DNA of 61,734 nt from Phycisphaerae bacterium (GTDB taxonomy: Bacteria; Planctomycetota; Phycisphaerae; UBA1845; PWPN01): assembly GCA_016928855.1 (NCBI GenBank), contig JAFGKA010000213.1:1-61734 (forward strand), written 5' to 3'. Shown in pieces: positions 46,145 through 57,533 of this stretch. Under the pieces are notes generated by a model. It was not told the DNA's origin. It saw only the letters and a list, made by a program, of their open reading frames with translations, and ran no database searches. A program made the translations under genes and the position numbers. Within the stretch, counting starts at the first letter, position 1. The number at the start of each line of letters is the position of its first letter.

Positions 46145-49084
46145 CTACCGCTTCTCAACCATCAGCGTCACCGGCCCCAGCAGGCCGGAGGGTACGAGCG
46201 GTGTGTCCTTGGTATAGTGCTTGGCCGAGGTGAAGGTGTAGCGACCCGAGGGGCGCTTCTGGCCGGCCTTGAACCACTCCGGCCACCCCGCCAGCGTCTC
46301 AAAGTCCCGCCACTCGGCGTCCTCGGGAAGCTGTTCGTCGCCGATCATCCGGTTGATCCAGAGGTTCACCGCGTCAACCTCCAACACGTTCTCTCCGGCT
46401 TTCGCTGCCCCGGTGATCTCCACCCGATAGGGCGGCTTCCAGGCCACGCCGCACTCCCGCCCGTTGACCCGCACCCGCCCCATCACCTCCACCGTCCCCA
46501 GGTCCAGCCACAGCCGGCCCGCGTTCCCTGCTGCCTCCGCCGCTGAGAGTGTGAAGGTGTTGCGGTACGTGGCCGTCCCCGAGTAGTAGTGGATGCGCGG
46601 ATCGCTGTGCCGGCTCCAATCGGTCAGTGTCTCGAAACGGACCGCCTTGTCCGGCCCGCCCCACTTTGGATCGAAGCGCACCTCCCAGACTCCACCGATC
46701 GTCCGCAACTCCTGGGGCGCGACGGAATTGGGCCGCTGCTCCGCTTGAACAGCGATGCCGACATCCGCTCGGAAGACCACGAACCAGCTTTGCAGCGGCT
46801 CGAAATGAAGCGGTACGCTGATCCTTCCCTCCCGCTCGCTGTAATCGGTCAGCGCCCGCCTGGCCTCGGTCTCGGGATTCCAGAGCTCCGGTTGTTTTCC
46901 GGTCACGCGGAATGTGCAGACGCACTCGAGCGGGCGGTTCTCCTGGTTGGCCACAAAGTACAACTCCGCCGCACCGCTCCGACGGTGGTGATAGATCAAG
47001 GCCGCTCCACCCTCGAAGTCCGGGCTGAGCCCGTCCTCGTGGAAAACCTCGGCCAGGCTCTTGCCGACGATCACGCGCCGACCGTCCCACAGCTCGGCCC
47101 TGATCCTGGCGACCTCCGCGTCGCAGCGGGGATAGTCGGTCAGGCCCGGCGCAGCCTTGGGCTTCGCACCGCCGATCACCCGCGCCCCGCTCTCGACCAG
47201 CTCCTCGACTTTGCGCGCCATCGGTGCCGTCATTCGGTCGCCGTCAGGCAACAGCAAGTATTGATAGCTCGCCCCCGAAGGCAACACCAGCCGCCCGTCC
47301 TTGATGCGCATCGCCAGCACGTTCTCGGAAGAACAGAGATCGTAGTCATACCCCGCCGGCATTTCCATGGTCATGTCGTTGACCCTGAGCGGCGCCCCTT
47401 CGCCGAACCACCAGGCGACATCCGCCACGAACTGCCCTTGCTGTAACAGGTACTGGCTCCGGGCGATGTACTCCATCCACGGCCGGCTGTAGTCCCACCA
47501 GGTGTTGTGCCGCTGGATGTGTTCGCCCCACTTGCGATGGGTCAGCCCCGGGATCATGTTTTCGTATGCCTGATGCGCCGAGAGGTGGAAGATAAACCGA
47601 TTGACGCCCCACCCGAACGCCATGTCGCCCATGGCCTTGAGGGTGAAGGGGGTGTCGCGCCAGCCGCGGTCGGAGGTGAACGCCTCCGCCCCGACGACGG
47701 GCATGCCGTAGGTATGAGCGATCGACGCCATCGCCTTGCTCGAATGATGGTAGGAGGCGGGCGTGGGAAACAGCCCCTTGCCCCGGGCCCAGAATTCGCT
47801 GATCGGCATGTCGCTCACGCCGCCGTACTGCAGATTGTCGATGCACAACCGGCCATAGGCCTCGATCGACAGCTTGATCCCGTGCGGGCGCGCCAACTCC
47901 TTCAGGCGGCGGGCGTAGTTGTCTCGCGTCATTTCGCTGGCGGTGACCCGCAGGTCCCACAGGAACCGCTCGGACTGTTCCAGGTCGCCGACCACGCGGC
48001 CGGTCAGCACCGGCAGCCAGGGGCGCAAGTCGTAGCCGCGCCGCACCTTGAATTCCGACGGCATCGTCGCGGTCCAGTTCTGGCATCCGGCCTCCCAACT
48101 GTCAATATGAACGGTAGTCAAGGCTCGCCCGGCCGCCGCACCGGCGTCCTTGAAGATTCTCTTCAGGAATCCCTCGTAGTGCGCCTCGATCCCCGCCCTG
48201 GCCAGACGGTCGCACTCCAGCCCCACGGCCAAAGCCGGGCAGGGCCGCGTCATTTTCATGTTCGAGGCGTGCCCGTACCGGATGATCAGCCACTTGCCGG
48301 CGGGAGCGTCCCACGTCAGCCGGCCCTCGCGGTCCATCTTGTCGGTCAGATCGACCACTCGATCCAGCGGCGTCACGGCCCCGGCCGGCGGCTCGGCGGC
48401 AGCCGCATTCCGTTGTTGCGACTCTCGGACCGTGAGCCCGGACTTGGTGTCAAGATCGGGAATGCGCCACGCGCGGTCCTGCGCCGACGACGCCAGCGGA
48501 ATCGCCACCACCGCGGCGTCGCGGTAGGAATCGGTGCGTTGCAGCATCTCCACGACTTCCGGCTTGATCTGCGCGCCCGGCCTTAGCCACGCCGACACAT
48601 TCGTCTCGACCTTCGCTTTTTCGAGCACAACGTCGATTGCCTTGCCGCCGGCCACCTCTGTTTCGCTCCAGACGAGTTGCTGCATCGACAGTTCCGGCGT
48701 GATGTGCGGTCCGCCGCTGCCGTAGCCAAAATCGACCGAAATGTCGAATTCGAGGCCCAGGCGGTCGCATTCGCGAATGGCCCACTGCATCATTTCATGC
48801 CACTGCGGGCTGGCCGGCACCACCTCGCCGTCCGGCGCCCACCACTGGCCGCTGACCTCCATCCACAGCACCCCGCCAATTCCGACCTTGTTCATTGCCT
48901 CCAGGTCGGCCGTGATCCCCTCCTTCGATATGTTGCCGTTGATCCAGAACCAGTAGACCCACGGCCGCGCCGAAGGCGGAGGATTCTGGAATCCCGCCTC
49001 CAGGTTTGGATCCGCAGCGCTCGCGCCAATCGCCCAGCATGAGAAGCACGCTGCGATCAGGACGGCTGACAGATATCGTTTCAC
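46145..49084 (-). CDS. GH106 alpha-L-rhamnosidase-like glycoside hydrolase
   Basis: FQNPP..ARPWVYWFWINGN, HIDSWEAG, GAEAFT, WKPPY, NLWINRMIGD, SGLLGPV. Confidence 0.88.
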   Translation of the reverse strand: MKRYLSAVLIAACFSCWAIGASAADPNLEAGFQNPPPSARPWVYWFWINGNISKEGITADLEAMNKVGIGGVLWMEVSGQWWAPDGEVVPASPQWHEMMQWAIRECDRLGLEFDISVDFGYGSGGPHITPELSMQQLVWSETEVAGGKAIDVVLEKAKVETNVSAWLRPGAQIKPEVVEMLQRTDSYRDAAVVAIPLASSAQDRAWRIPDLDTKSGLTVRESQQRNAAAAEPPAGAVTPLDRVVDLTDKMDREGRLTWDAPAGKWLIIRYGHASNMKMTRPCPALAVGLECDRLARAGIEAHYEGFLKRIFKDAGAAAGRALTTVHIDSWEAGCQNWTATMPSEFKVRRGYDLRPWLPVLTGRVVGDLEQSERFLWDLRVTASEMTRDNYARRLKELARPHGIKLSIEAYGRLCIDNLQYGGVSDMPISEFWARGKGLFPTPASYHHSSKAMASIAHTYGMPVVGAEAFTSDRGWRDTPFTLKAMGDMAFGWGVNRFIFHLSAHQAYENMIPGLTHRKWGEHIQRHNTWWDYSRPWMEYIARSQYLLQQGQFVADVAWWFGEGAPLRVNDMTMEMPAGYDYDLCSSENVLAMRIKDGRLVLPSGASYQYLLLPDGDRMTAPMARKVEELVESGARVIGGAKPKAAPGLTDYPRCDAEVARIRAELWDGRRVIVGKSLAEVFHEDGLSPDFEGGAALIYHHRRSGAAELYFVANQENRPLECVCTFRVTGKQPELWNPETEARRALTDYSEREGRISVPLHFEPLQSWFVVFRADVGIAVQAEQRPNSVAPQELRTIGGVWEVRFDPKWGGPDKAVRFETLTDWSRHSDPRIHYYSGTATYRNTFTLSAAEAAGNAGRLWLDLGTVEVMGRVRVNGRECGVAWKPPYRVEITGAAKAGENVLEVDAVNLWINRMIGDEQLPEDAEWRDFETLAGWPEWFKAGQKRPSGRYTFTSAKHYTKDTPLVPSGLLGPVTLMVEKR

Positions 49085-49570
49085 GAGTGCCTCTCCTTCT
49101 CTGTGGATTGGAGCAGTACGAGCCGTTGCACGAAGACCATGAAAACTAATGCCCCGCGGATTGTCCAGACAACAATACGGTGCCGTTGAAAACAGGACCG
49201 GCATCACCAGTGGCTGTTCGGTTCGGGAAAGCCGCCGTAAACAATTGTGTCACTCTCGCCAAAGAACAGCGGACTAGTGCCGTTTTCGGTTGGTGACTTT
49301 CGTCGGTCCGGCGGGTGCCACTGGTCCCGACGGACGTCGGGACCCGCCAGTGCTTTGCCGACAACGGCACACGGCTGACAGTAAACGAAACTGGGCAACC
49401 GTAAGCGGCACTAGCACGCTCCAGCAAATGAATACGCGCATCATAACCGAGGGGCGAGACGCCGCAATGCGCCGGGGCTCGCCTGGTTGCCTCCCGGTTT
49501 GCCGCGGATATGATGTCCGCCCGGCGGCGGTTCTTGCCGACTACGATTCCAATCGCGTTGAGGAGGCCCT

Positions 49571-51892
49571 ATGCGGCTTGTCAGATATCGTCCGCCGGTT
49601 GCCGTGTTCGCGGTCGCGTCGCTGCTTGTCATGGCGAGCGACGCACAAGGTGCAGAGACGCGCGCAGGCATCACCCTGGACGCAAACCATGTGACGATCA
49701 CCGCCGGTCCACTCGTCCGTACGCTCGATCTGAGCGGCAACCGAATCCTTCTGACTGACTTGCGGGTGGGCGAGACGCAGATCGCTTCCGGCCCCGGCGC
49801 GGAGTTCCGACTGACGTTCCACCAGGCCGAGCCCAACCGGCGCCCCGTCGGCCTCGCGCCGGGCGATGTGGAGCCGCTGGATTTCGGGCAGGCGAACCGG
49901 GACTGGCTCAAGGCTACACGTGCCCCTGACGCCGAGAACGCCGAGCCGGAGCTGCCGATCACGGAAATGCAGTCCGTCCAGTGGACCAATCCCATCACCC
50001 TCGACGGCCAACGGATGGCCGAGTGCTTCCAGCTTATGCACACGGAAATCTCGACGCCGCGGGCGGGCGCGACGCGGCTGAATCTGCGGGCACGGGTGAT
50101 CGACACAGCGCACCCGCTGCACCACGTCGCGATCAGCCTCTTCTACGAGGTGCACGATGGCTACCCGGCCATTCGCAAGTGGATCGAAATCACCAATAAC
50201 GGCCCCAAGTGGCTGAAGATTGACGCCCTGACGATCGACGCCGCGGACCTTTCGCCGGCGTTGGGCTCGAAGGTACCGCTGACGCCTCAATTGAACGGCG
50301 TCGGCAGCAGCGTGGTCGCGTTCGGCAATGATGAGCAGTCGTGCGGCGTGATCGCCGCGAGCGAGGTGCCCTCGGCCCTGCGCTCCATTGGCCCCAACGG
50401 ATCGATGGGCTATACCGACGCGATCTTCGAATGGGTGCTGGGGCCGTCGGAGCGCTTCGAATCCGAGCCCGTCTTCCAGTTCGCGTATACCGGCGAGGTC
50501 GAAAAGACGGTCTCCGGCGTATCCACGCCGCTCGATCGCACCGTCGAAGGGCCGTACATGCGGTTTCTGGAAGACGTCGTCGGCATGCGTGCGACCACAG
50601 AGAACTCGCCGGCCCCCGTGTGGTGTTCGTGGGCCAATTTCAAGACGCGCATAGACGATGCGAACATGCGCGAGCAGGCCAAGATCGCCGCCCGCGCCGG
50701 CTTTACGACGTTCCTCATCGATGCCGGCTGGTCGAAGTACCCGAACCTCGACAACTCGGAGCCCGATCCGGCGAGGTTCCCGGACTTCGACGCGACCTGC
50801 CGTTACATCACTTCAACCGGGTTGCGCCTGGGTCTCTGGATCTGCTGCATGCGGAATCCCGGTGCGCAGGATCTGGCCGCACTGCCCGACGCCGTTGCCA
50901 CACCGCGGGTGAACCGTGGCGGCGGCCTCGGCATGAGCTTCACAAGCCCCTGGCGGGACTATTTCGCCAACGATCTGGTGTACATGTACGACCGCTTCGG
51001 CATGACCTACGTGAAGGAGGATTTCAGCCAGATCCTCTTCGGCGACGTTACCGAAGGCCATGAGAGCCGCACGCACAAGGAATCCATCCTTCGCGGACTC
51101 CGCGGTCTGCTCGCGGCCAACGACGTCGTCGCTCACAGCGCGCCGGGCCTGATCACGCAGCTCACGCACGAGATCTACTGGGCCACGCCCGGGCCGGGCT
51201 GCGACATTGCCCTGCTCAAGCATTGCAGCTCGTACCACATCCCGCCGAACATCTATCTGGGCAACCCGGACAGCAATAAGCGCGTCAGCCAGCAGGGCGA
51301 CTATGATCCCCAGAAGCTTCGCCGGGATCTCATTCAGGGCTGCTGGGTGGCTCGCCAGCAGTACTTCGCTCATCGCGGTCTGCCACTGTATCCGCTGGAG
51401 TTCTACTCCGCTGAAACCGTGAACTTCAAAGGCAGCCTGAGCCCCGAGGTCCAGGACCGACAGGTTTGCAGTTGGCTGATGGGCTGCCCGACGGTGTTCT
51501 CCGGCGATTTGGCGTCGCTGACGGCCGAGCAGGTCGATCATTACCGGCGGCGATTCGAGCTGGTCAAACGTCTCCAGAACACGTACGACATCTACCTCCA
51601 TTTCCAGTACAGCGGCGTGCCGCTGCCCACGGACACCGACTGGCACTGGTGGGGCAAGCTCGACGAAGCCGGATGCGGTGCGGTAGTGGTCCTGCGCGGC
51701 AGCGGCGGAGCCGAGTCGCGTGCCATCAACGTCCCGTGGGTGCTCCCCGAGCGAAGCTATAACGTGAACGCGCTGCTGCAGGGCAAGCCGTTGGGCAGAT
51801 TTACCGCCGCGCAACTGCGCAGCGGCGCGTTGGCGCTGTCACTGCCGGCCTACGGCCAGGAGATCCTGGAACTGGCGGCAGCGCCGGAATGA
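49571..51892 (+). CDS. Alpha-galactosidase (GH36-like) family protein
   Basis: WCSW, FLIDAGW, RFPDF, LGLW, YVKEDF. Confidence 0.75.
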   Translation: MRLVRYRPPVAVFAVASLLVMASDAQGAETRAGITLDANHVTITAGPLVRTLDLSGNRILLTDLRVGETQIASGPGAEFRLTFHQAEPNRRPVGLAPGDVEPLDFGQANRDWLKATRAPDAENAEPELPITEMQSVQWTNPITLDGQRMAECFQLMHTEISTPRAGATRLNLRARVIDTAHPLHHVAISLFYEVHDGYPAIRKWIEITNNGPKWLKIDALTIDAADLSPALGSKVPLTPQLNGVGSSVVAFGNDEQSCGVIAASEVPSALRSIGPNGSMGYTDAIFEWVLGPSERFESEPVFQFAYTGEVEKTVSGVSTPLDRTVEGPYMRFLEDVVGMRATTENSPAPVWCSWANFKTRIDDANMREQAKIAARAGFTTFLIDAGWSKYPNLDNSEPDPARFPDFDATCRYITSTGLRLGLWICCMRNPGAQDLAALPDAVATPRVNRGGGLGMSFTSPWRDYFANDLVYMYDRFGMTYVKEDFSQILFGDVTEGHESRTHKESILRGLRGLLAANDVVAHSAPGLITQLTHEIYWATPGPGCDIALLKHCSSYHIPPNIYLGNPDSNKRVSQQGDYDPQKLRRDLIQGCWVARQQYFAHRGLPLYPLEFYSAETVNFKGSLSPEVQDRQVCSWLMGCPTVFSGDLASLTAEQVDHYRRRFELVKRLQNTYDIYLHFQYSGVPLPTDTDWHWWGKLDEAGCGAVVVLRGSGGAESRAINVPWVLPERSYNVNALLQGKPLGRFTAAQLRSGALALSLPAYGQEILELAAAPE

Positions 51893-52023
51893 AACGAGTT
51901 TCTTGACGGTCTGCCCGGAAACACCTTGCGATCGAACATTGTTGCTGCCCGCGACCACGATGTCCGGGCAGCCGTCTTCGTGAGCTGACCATGTCAATGC
52001 GCTTCCGCCGACCGCGCCGCCCG

Positions 52024-52704
52024 TCAAGAGAACTTGTCCCGTCTTCTTCTCAACACTACCAGACCACCGAACGTGAGCAGCGAAACGGTTACGGGCTCGG
52101 GCACCACTTCCCCCATGATACGGATCTCCTGCACGTCCAGGGTGTAGACTTCAGTGATGGGCAATCCACCCCCGCCCGCACTGCCCATGGCACCGAGCCT
52201 GATGCCGATTCTGTTATCCGCGGTCACCCAGTAGAAAGGTGGCGGACCGTAACCTCCGCGTTCAAGCTCATAGACCGCTTGTGGTGACACACCTGTATCC
52301 CATGTATCGCCGCCGTACCATCCATATGAAAAGTGATAGACTTGATAGAGGCAATCGGTAACACCATTGCGATCCAGCACGGATGCTGAAAGAGCAAGAG
52401 AGATGTTAGCACCTTCAACTAAACCAGATGCGTCAAACCACACGATGACCTCAGGAGAGTGGTACAAATAGCCCGTCGGTGGAGCGTAACAGAAATACCC
52501 GCTCTCCAAATGAATGTTTGCTGATCCCGAGCTCAGGGCCGCCAAATCCCCAGCCGCAAGAGGCTGGGTGGTCCATTCGGCCGCTGCACTGCTGTAGCCC
52601 ACCTCCCCTGCTACGATCGGTAATGCTTCGATCATACCAGCCCAGGTATTTCCATAGCCTAATGCGATCACCAAGGCTGCGATGACGGGCGATGACTTCG
52701 ACAT
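52024..52704 (-). CDS. PEP-CTERM sorting domain protein
   Basis: Signal peptide; C-terminus VPEPVTVSLLTFGGLVVLRRRR. Confidence 0.88.
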   Translation of the reverse strand: MSKSSPVIAALVIALGYGNTWAGMIEALPIVAGEVGYSSAAAEWTTQPLAAGDLAALSSGSANIHLESGYFCYAPPTGYLYHSPEVIVWFDASGLVEGANISLALSASVLDRNGVTDCLYQVYHFSYGWYGGDTWDTGVSPQAVYELERGGYGPPPFYWVTADNRIGIRLGAMGSAGGGGLPITEVYTLDVQEIRIMGEVVPEPVTVSLLTFGGLVVLRRRRDKFS

Positions 52705-52773
52705 TTGCCTTTCCTCCATCGAGAACGCAAGGCCAGATGAGAACAAGCCCGCAACTACTGTTTTCTCAGTGTG

Positions 52774-53730
52774 CTATCGGTTTCGCCGTCTCAAAATCGC
52801 CAGACCGCCAAGGATAACTAGGGATAGGGTGGCGGGTTCGGGCACGGGTGTAGCCAGGAAGCCGTGTCCATTTCCGCTCATATCAGTGTATGACCCCACG
52901 ACAAGACCGTCGTCGTTTATGCCGTACGCATTGCAGTTGATGCTGCCAGGAACAGCAATCGTACTGAAGACACCTCCGCTACGCACAAAGCCGAGGTACG
53001 TATACGCAACAGGTTCGTATTGTCCAACAATATCCTCGTTGTTGTTGATGCCGGTGGCCACGGTCCTGAAAGCGTCCGGGAAATCGATTGTGCTGAATAC
53101 GCCGTCGTAAAAGGAATAGCCGTGAGAGGTGGTCCCATCAGAATACCCTCCTACGATCCGACCGCTATCATTGATGCCTAAGGCGGAAGTCTCCAAGCTG
53201 CCCGGGACATCGATGGTAGTCATATTCCCGCCAACAAGTGAAAACCCGTAGCCTTTGGTGCCGTCGTTGTATTTCCCTACGATTTGGCCGCTATCGTTAA
53301 CATCCTCAGCAGCGGTCGGAGGACCATCAGGGTGATCAATCGAGCTGTAGTTACCTCCACTCAACAAATAGCCATGGACGTTACTGTAATGGGCGGGACC
53401 GACGGAATTATATGCACCAACGATGTCTCCACTATTACTGATTCCATAGGCCCCGCTTAAAGGTGCGCCAGGATAATCAACAATGGTGTAAGCACCTCCG
53501 CTCAGCACAAAAGCATGCGAGATGCCGCTTCCATCCCGGCACCACCCAACGATGTCGCCATTGTTGTTGATCTCTTGGGCCACAGTTTCGGGGAAACCGG
53601 GAACATCAATCGTGGTATAGCTGAACGAAGCTGCCCGAGTGCTCATGCCGGCACCCAAGCAAGAGGAGCATAACACAGCGAGGAATACGGCTCGTTTCAC
53701 GGCACTCGAAGTACATTTGCTCGATATCAT
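52774..53730 (-). CDS. PEP-CTERM protein with HAF-like extracellular repeats
   Basis: Repeated TIDxPG..T.A.GINxxGxIVG...HGF; VPEPATLSLVILGGLAILRRRNR. Confidence 0.9.
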   Translation of the reverse strand: MISSKCTSSAVKRAVFLAVLCSSCLGAGMSTRAASFSYTTIDVPGFPETVAQEINNNGDIVGWCRDGSGISHAFVLSGGAYTIVDYPGAPLSGAYGISNSGDIVGAYNSVGPAHYSNVHGYLLSGGNYSSIDHPDGPPTAAEDVNDSGQIVGKYNDGTKGYGFSLVGGNMTTIDVPGSLETSALGINDSGRIVGGYSDGTTSHGYSFYDGVFSTIDFPDAFRTVATGINNNEDIVGQYEPVAYTYLGFVRSGGVFSTIAVPGSINCNAYGINDDGLVVGSYTDMSGNGHGFLATPVPEPATLSLVILGGLAILRRRNR

Positions 53731-54263
53731 GCGACCCGTCCTTTCTGCTTTCAGCAAGTGTCCTCCCATAGTTACCTTCGGATGCGGCGACCTCCGCCGG
53801 GCACGTTGGTCGCGCCGCCACCGCCTAGAACACACTGCACGCAGGCACACGCCACATGGCGTGGTCTTGGTCTACCTTGAAAGACCGGGACTTATCGCAG
53901 AAGGAATGCGTCGCCGAGAAATGTGGTGCTTTTCCGCCCCTTCTGCTTCTTCTCAAGCTGCGAGTCTACCCCCCCCGTATCGCCAATGCAAGAGAAAAGG
54001 TCCGAAAATGTGAAGTTTTCATGGCGAGCCGTCACGGCGAAAGTGCCCAGACTCGTCATCGCAAGGAGCCCAGGTAGCCGCCTCGCCACCTTGGTGCCCC
54101 CAAGTGACGTTAGATTAGGCACTTACGCACCGAGTCATCGATGACCGTAGGGCTTCTGGTGCTGCTGGCACGTGCGCTTAACGTCCTGCTCATCGGCCCG
54201 CCGGGTTCGGGTTGTAACGATCTCGAGACGGCGAAGCCGACAATCCCACCCCGCCGAAGCATT

Positions 54264-55706
54264 TCACTTCGTCGATAACTCACCCTGCAATAGCTTCATC
54301 GTCGCCTCGTGGTGCGGTGAGGTGACCGCACCACGCAACAGCGGATCCTGCGTCTCGACCATGTGCTGATACAGGCGGCGGGCCAGGTCGTCCCTGACGG
54401 TGGCGAACTCCAGCTTGTTCGCGAGATCGTGCTGCTCCCAGGGGTCTTTCGCCAGGTCGTACAGCTCCAGATGCGGATGGAAGGCCAGCGCCGGATGCTT
54501 CGGCACGACGACGTCGGACGTGGGCCGCCACTGCTGCGAGGGGTCCTGAATGGCCAGCGCCGTCGAGAAGTAGGCGATAAGCTTGTGCGTCTCGGTGCGG
54601 ACGCTCCGCTGCGGGTCGTAGTAGCCGTGGTAGGTCTGCTCGCCGAAGATCATCGCGTTGGGCGTGTAGGCGCGGCCGTCGAGCAGCGGCGCGAACGACC
54701 GCCCCTGAACATTGGCCGGCACGGCAATGCCCACGAGCTCCAGGATCGTCGGCAGGACGTCAATGTTCGACACCATCTCGTTGCGGGTAACGCCGCTGTG
54801 CCACCCTTCGCGGCCCGCGTAGCGCAACAGCATCGCGACCCGCAGGCCGGGCTCATACAGGCTGCACTTGGCACGCGGCATCGCGACGCCGTGGTCCGTC
54901 GTGGCGATCAGGAGCGTGTTGCCGGCCAGATCGAGGGCCTCAAAGGCCTGCATGAAGCGGCCGAACTGCTCGTCGACGTGGCGAATCGCGCCCTGCAGGC
55001 CGGCGAGCTCCTCACGCGTGCCGGGCGTGTCGCGCAGGTAGCCGGGGATCTCCACGCCGAGCGTGCTGTCGGGCTGGAGATGCGGGCCGGGAAAGCCGTG
55101 CCCCTCGGGTGGCTGGCCCGGCCCCTCCGGATAACGCAGACGGTGCGGTTCGGTGAAGCCCGCAAAGAGGTAGAACGGCTGATCGGCCGCCGCCAATCGC
55201 GTCAGCTCTTCGATGGCTGCGGTCGTACCCTCCGCGGCCCGGCTCGGCCTGAGGTACTTGTCATAGCCGCATCGCTTCGCGCCGGAGTGCGTCTCATGAA
55301 TCACGCCGATGGCGACCGTGGCATAGCCGGCCTCCTTGAGGAACTGGGCGAGATGCTTCTCGCCCGGATGGAGTTCCCACGCAAAGTTGGCATGCGTCAA
55401 ACCCATGACGCCGTTGCTGTGCGGGTGGCGCCCCGTGAACAGCGAAGCGCGCGACGGGCTGCAGCCGGGCTGCGTGCAGAACGACCGCGCGAAGCGCACG
55501 CCCTCCTCGGCAAGCTTATCGAAATTCGGCGTCTGGACGGTCTTGACGCCATAACAGTGCAGATACTGGCCCAGGTCGTGCCAATGGACCATCACGATGT
55601 TCGGCCGCCGTGCGTCACTGCCGGCTTGCGCGCGGGCTAAAACGGTGCTCGCACTGAAGATCAGAACCGCGACCAGAACGCCATTGATGCCTGCGTTACG
55701 TTTCAT
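54264..55706 (-). CDS. Formylglycine-dependent sulfatase
   Basis: RPNIV, HDLG, CSPSRASLFTG, TDHG, ELYDLAKDPWE. Confidence 0.93.
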   Translation of the reverse strand: MKRNAGINGVLVAVLIFSASTVLARAQAGSDARRPNIVMVHWHDLGQYLHCYGVKTVQTPNFDKLAEEGVRFARSFCTQPGCSPSRASLFTGRHPHSNGVMGLTHANFAWELHPGEKHLAQFLKEAGYATVAIGVIHETHSGAKRCGYDKYLRPSRAAEGTTAAIEELTRLAAADQPFYLFAGFTEPHRLRYPEGPGQPPEGHGFPGPHLQPDSTLGVEIPGYLRDTPGTREELAGLQGAIRHVDEQFGRFMQAFEALDLAGNTLLIATTDHGVAMPRAKCSLYEPGLRVAMLLRYAGREGWHSGVTRNEMVSNIDVLPTILELVGIAVPANVQGRSFAPLLDGRAYTPNAMIFGEQTYHGYYDPQRSVRTETHKLIAYFSTALAIQDPSQQWRPTSDVVVPKHPALAFHPHLELYDLAKDPWEQHDLANKLEFATVRDDLARRLYQHMVETQDPLLRGAVTSPHHEATMKLLQGELSTK

Positions 55707-55820
55707 GGCCATTCCTTCTTCCCTTGCTGTCGGACTCCTCTCGTCGCCCGAGATCGCCCGGACACCGATACCAGCATACGCCACCGGGCCGCGCATGCGT
55801 AATCCACAGTATACGGCAAC

Positions 55821-56606
55821 CTACAGCCCGGTCAGAAAGTCTCGAAGGGCTTCCATGTTGACGCAGGCCGACGGATCGTGGCCGCCCTCGGCGAGATCTA
55901 CGAACGTCGGGCCGGTGCGGCCACACTGGGCGAGGGATTCCTCATTGATTGTCCACGACGTGATAACATCCTGGCGGCCGTAGATGACGTACATCGGCTT
56001 GTGCCCGGCCTGGCACTCGGCGCTCGGCACGTCGGAACCGAACGCCCGCTCAATGGTGTCGCGGGTCTTTTCGGCCATGTCCTCCGGCATCGCGGCGGCA
56101 TCCCTACCCGGCGTGAACGGAACCGAAGCGAGCACGAGGCCATCGACCTCGGTGCCTCGCTCGACCGCCTCGAGAGCCAGAAAGCTGCCCGCCGAGTAAC
56201 CGGCAAGGACCAGTCGGCGTGCGTTCAGTTCCGTGCGGACCCGCTCGACGGCTTCCATGACCTCAGAAACGCTCCGAGGATAGGCACGATCGGCCAGGCT
56301 GTAGTCCACGCTCGCCACGGTCCAGCCGGCATCCTCGAACGCGACCGTCCAGCCGGGCAGGTCGTAGCGCGTCCCCTCGACCCAGCCGCCACCATGCACG
56401 TACACGGCGACGTCCGGGCCGCCGGGCCAGTAGCTGTACGTCGGCCGGTCCACCCGCGGAGCACTCAGGTAACGCACCGGATGTGCAGCCACGGCCGGAA
56501 CACGGGTCCACGTTCCACGCGACCGATCGGCCGGCACGCGGCAGGACATATTCGCCGTCATGACAACCACCACGATGAGGCCCGCGGTCAGGTGAATGCC
56601 GTGCAT
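55821..56606 (-). CDS. Alpha/beta hydrolase (possible lipoprotein)
   Basis: VHGGGW, GYSAG, GRQD, GGH. Confidence 0.82.
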   Translation of the reverse strand: MHGIHLTAGLIVVVVMTANMSCRVPADRSRGTWTRVPAVAAHPVRYLSAPRVDRPTYSYWPGGPDVAVYVHGGGWVEGTRYDLPGWTVAFEDAGWTVASVDYSLADRAYPRSVSEVMEAVERVRTELNARRLVLAGYSAGSFLALEAVERGTEVDGLVLASVPFTPGRDAAAMPEDMAEKTRDTIERAFGSDVPSAECQAGHKPMYVIYGRQDVITSWTINEESLAQCGRTGPTFVDLAEGGHDPSACVNMEALRDFLTGL

Positions 56607-56784
56607 CGCTTTCCTTCTCCTTCTCGGCATCGGATCGACGCGTGACCGCTCATGGTACCGCACTGGCCGGCTGCGGCAATCAGGCACCGACAGCTGGACC
56701 GGCCGCTGGGAAGAGATCGGATAGCCGCGAAAGACACAAGTCATCCTTTCGCCGATGACAGCAACGTGTTAATCTGAGTGCACG

Positions 56785-57216
56785 ATGACGTCCGGATCTT
56801 CCGAGCATGACAAGGTAGGCATTGTCTACCGGGTGGCCCCGCCCGTGAATGACGCGGACCTAAACGAACTCTTCGTCTGCGCGTGGCCCTCCCATTCTGA
56901 CTGCAACTTTGGGGCCATCCTGAAGCACAGCCTCACATACGTCTGCGCGTATGAGGGACCAACGCTGATCGGTTTCGTCAATGTCGCGTGGGACGGTGGA
57001 ATCCACGCGTTCATTCTCGACCCCACCGTCCATCCCGATTGGCAGAGGCGTGGAGTCGGACGCACATTGATCCAGCGGGCGGCAGCCGTCGCGTGCGAGC
57101 GCGGCGTTGAGTGGCTGCACGTGGATTACAGGCCGCATCTCGAGCACTTCTACCAAAGCTGCGGTTTTCGACCTACGTCAGCGGGGCTGCTGCAACTGCA
57201 AGCCGCAAGCCGATGA
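56785..57216 (+). CDS. GNAT N-acetyltransferase
   Basis: VHPDWQRRGVG, FYQSCGF. Confidence 0.9.
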   Translation: MTSGSSEHDKVGIVYRVAPPVNDADLNELFVCAWPSHSDCNFGAILKHSLTYVCAYEGPTLIGFVNVAWDGGIHAFILDPTVHPDWQRRGVGRTLIQRAAAVACERGVEWLHVDYRPHLEHFYQSCGFRPTSAGLLQLQAASR

Positions 57217-57236
57217 CGCAACGAGGCACTGTTCGT

Positions 57237-57533
57237 TCACTTGCGCAGAACGGCGTAGAACCCATTGCTTTTCGCGTTGCCGCCGTTCGGAGCGACGATG
57301 TATGATTCGACCGTCCAGCCCTGGCGCTGGTAGTCGGCCCATGTGCCTTTCGGCATAGTGAATCCGTCGAGCGCCTTCTCCGGTACGACGCCGTCCCAGT
57401 TGCAGATCTTGATCACCAGCCGTTGATGGATCGGAGCGGCATCTTCGCTTCCGGCTGCGCCGAGAAGAAGGTGAGAACTCGCAAGTAGGAGGGCCAACAC
57501 ACAACCGGCGCAGAGTAAACCTCGCTTGGACAT
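57237..57533 (-). CDS. Small secreted hypothetical protein
   Basis: MSKRGLLCAGCVLALLLA signal; AAGGAG RBS. Confidence 0.65.
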   Translation of the reverse strand: MSKRGLLCAGCVLALLLASSHLLLGAAGSEDAAPIHQRLVIKICNWDGVVPEKALDGFTMPKGTWADYQRQGWTVESYIVAPNGGNAKSNGFYAVLRK

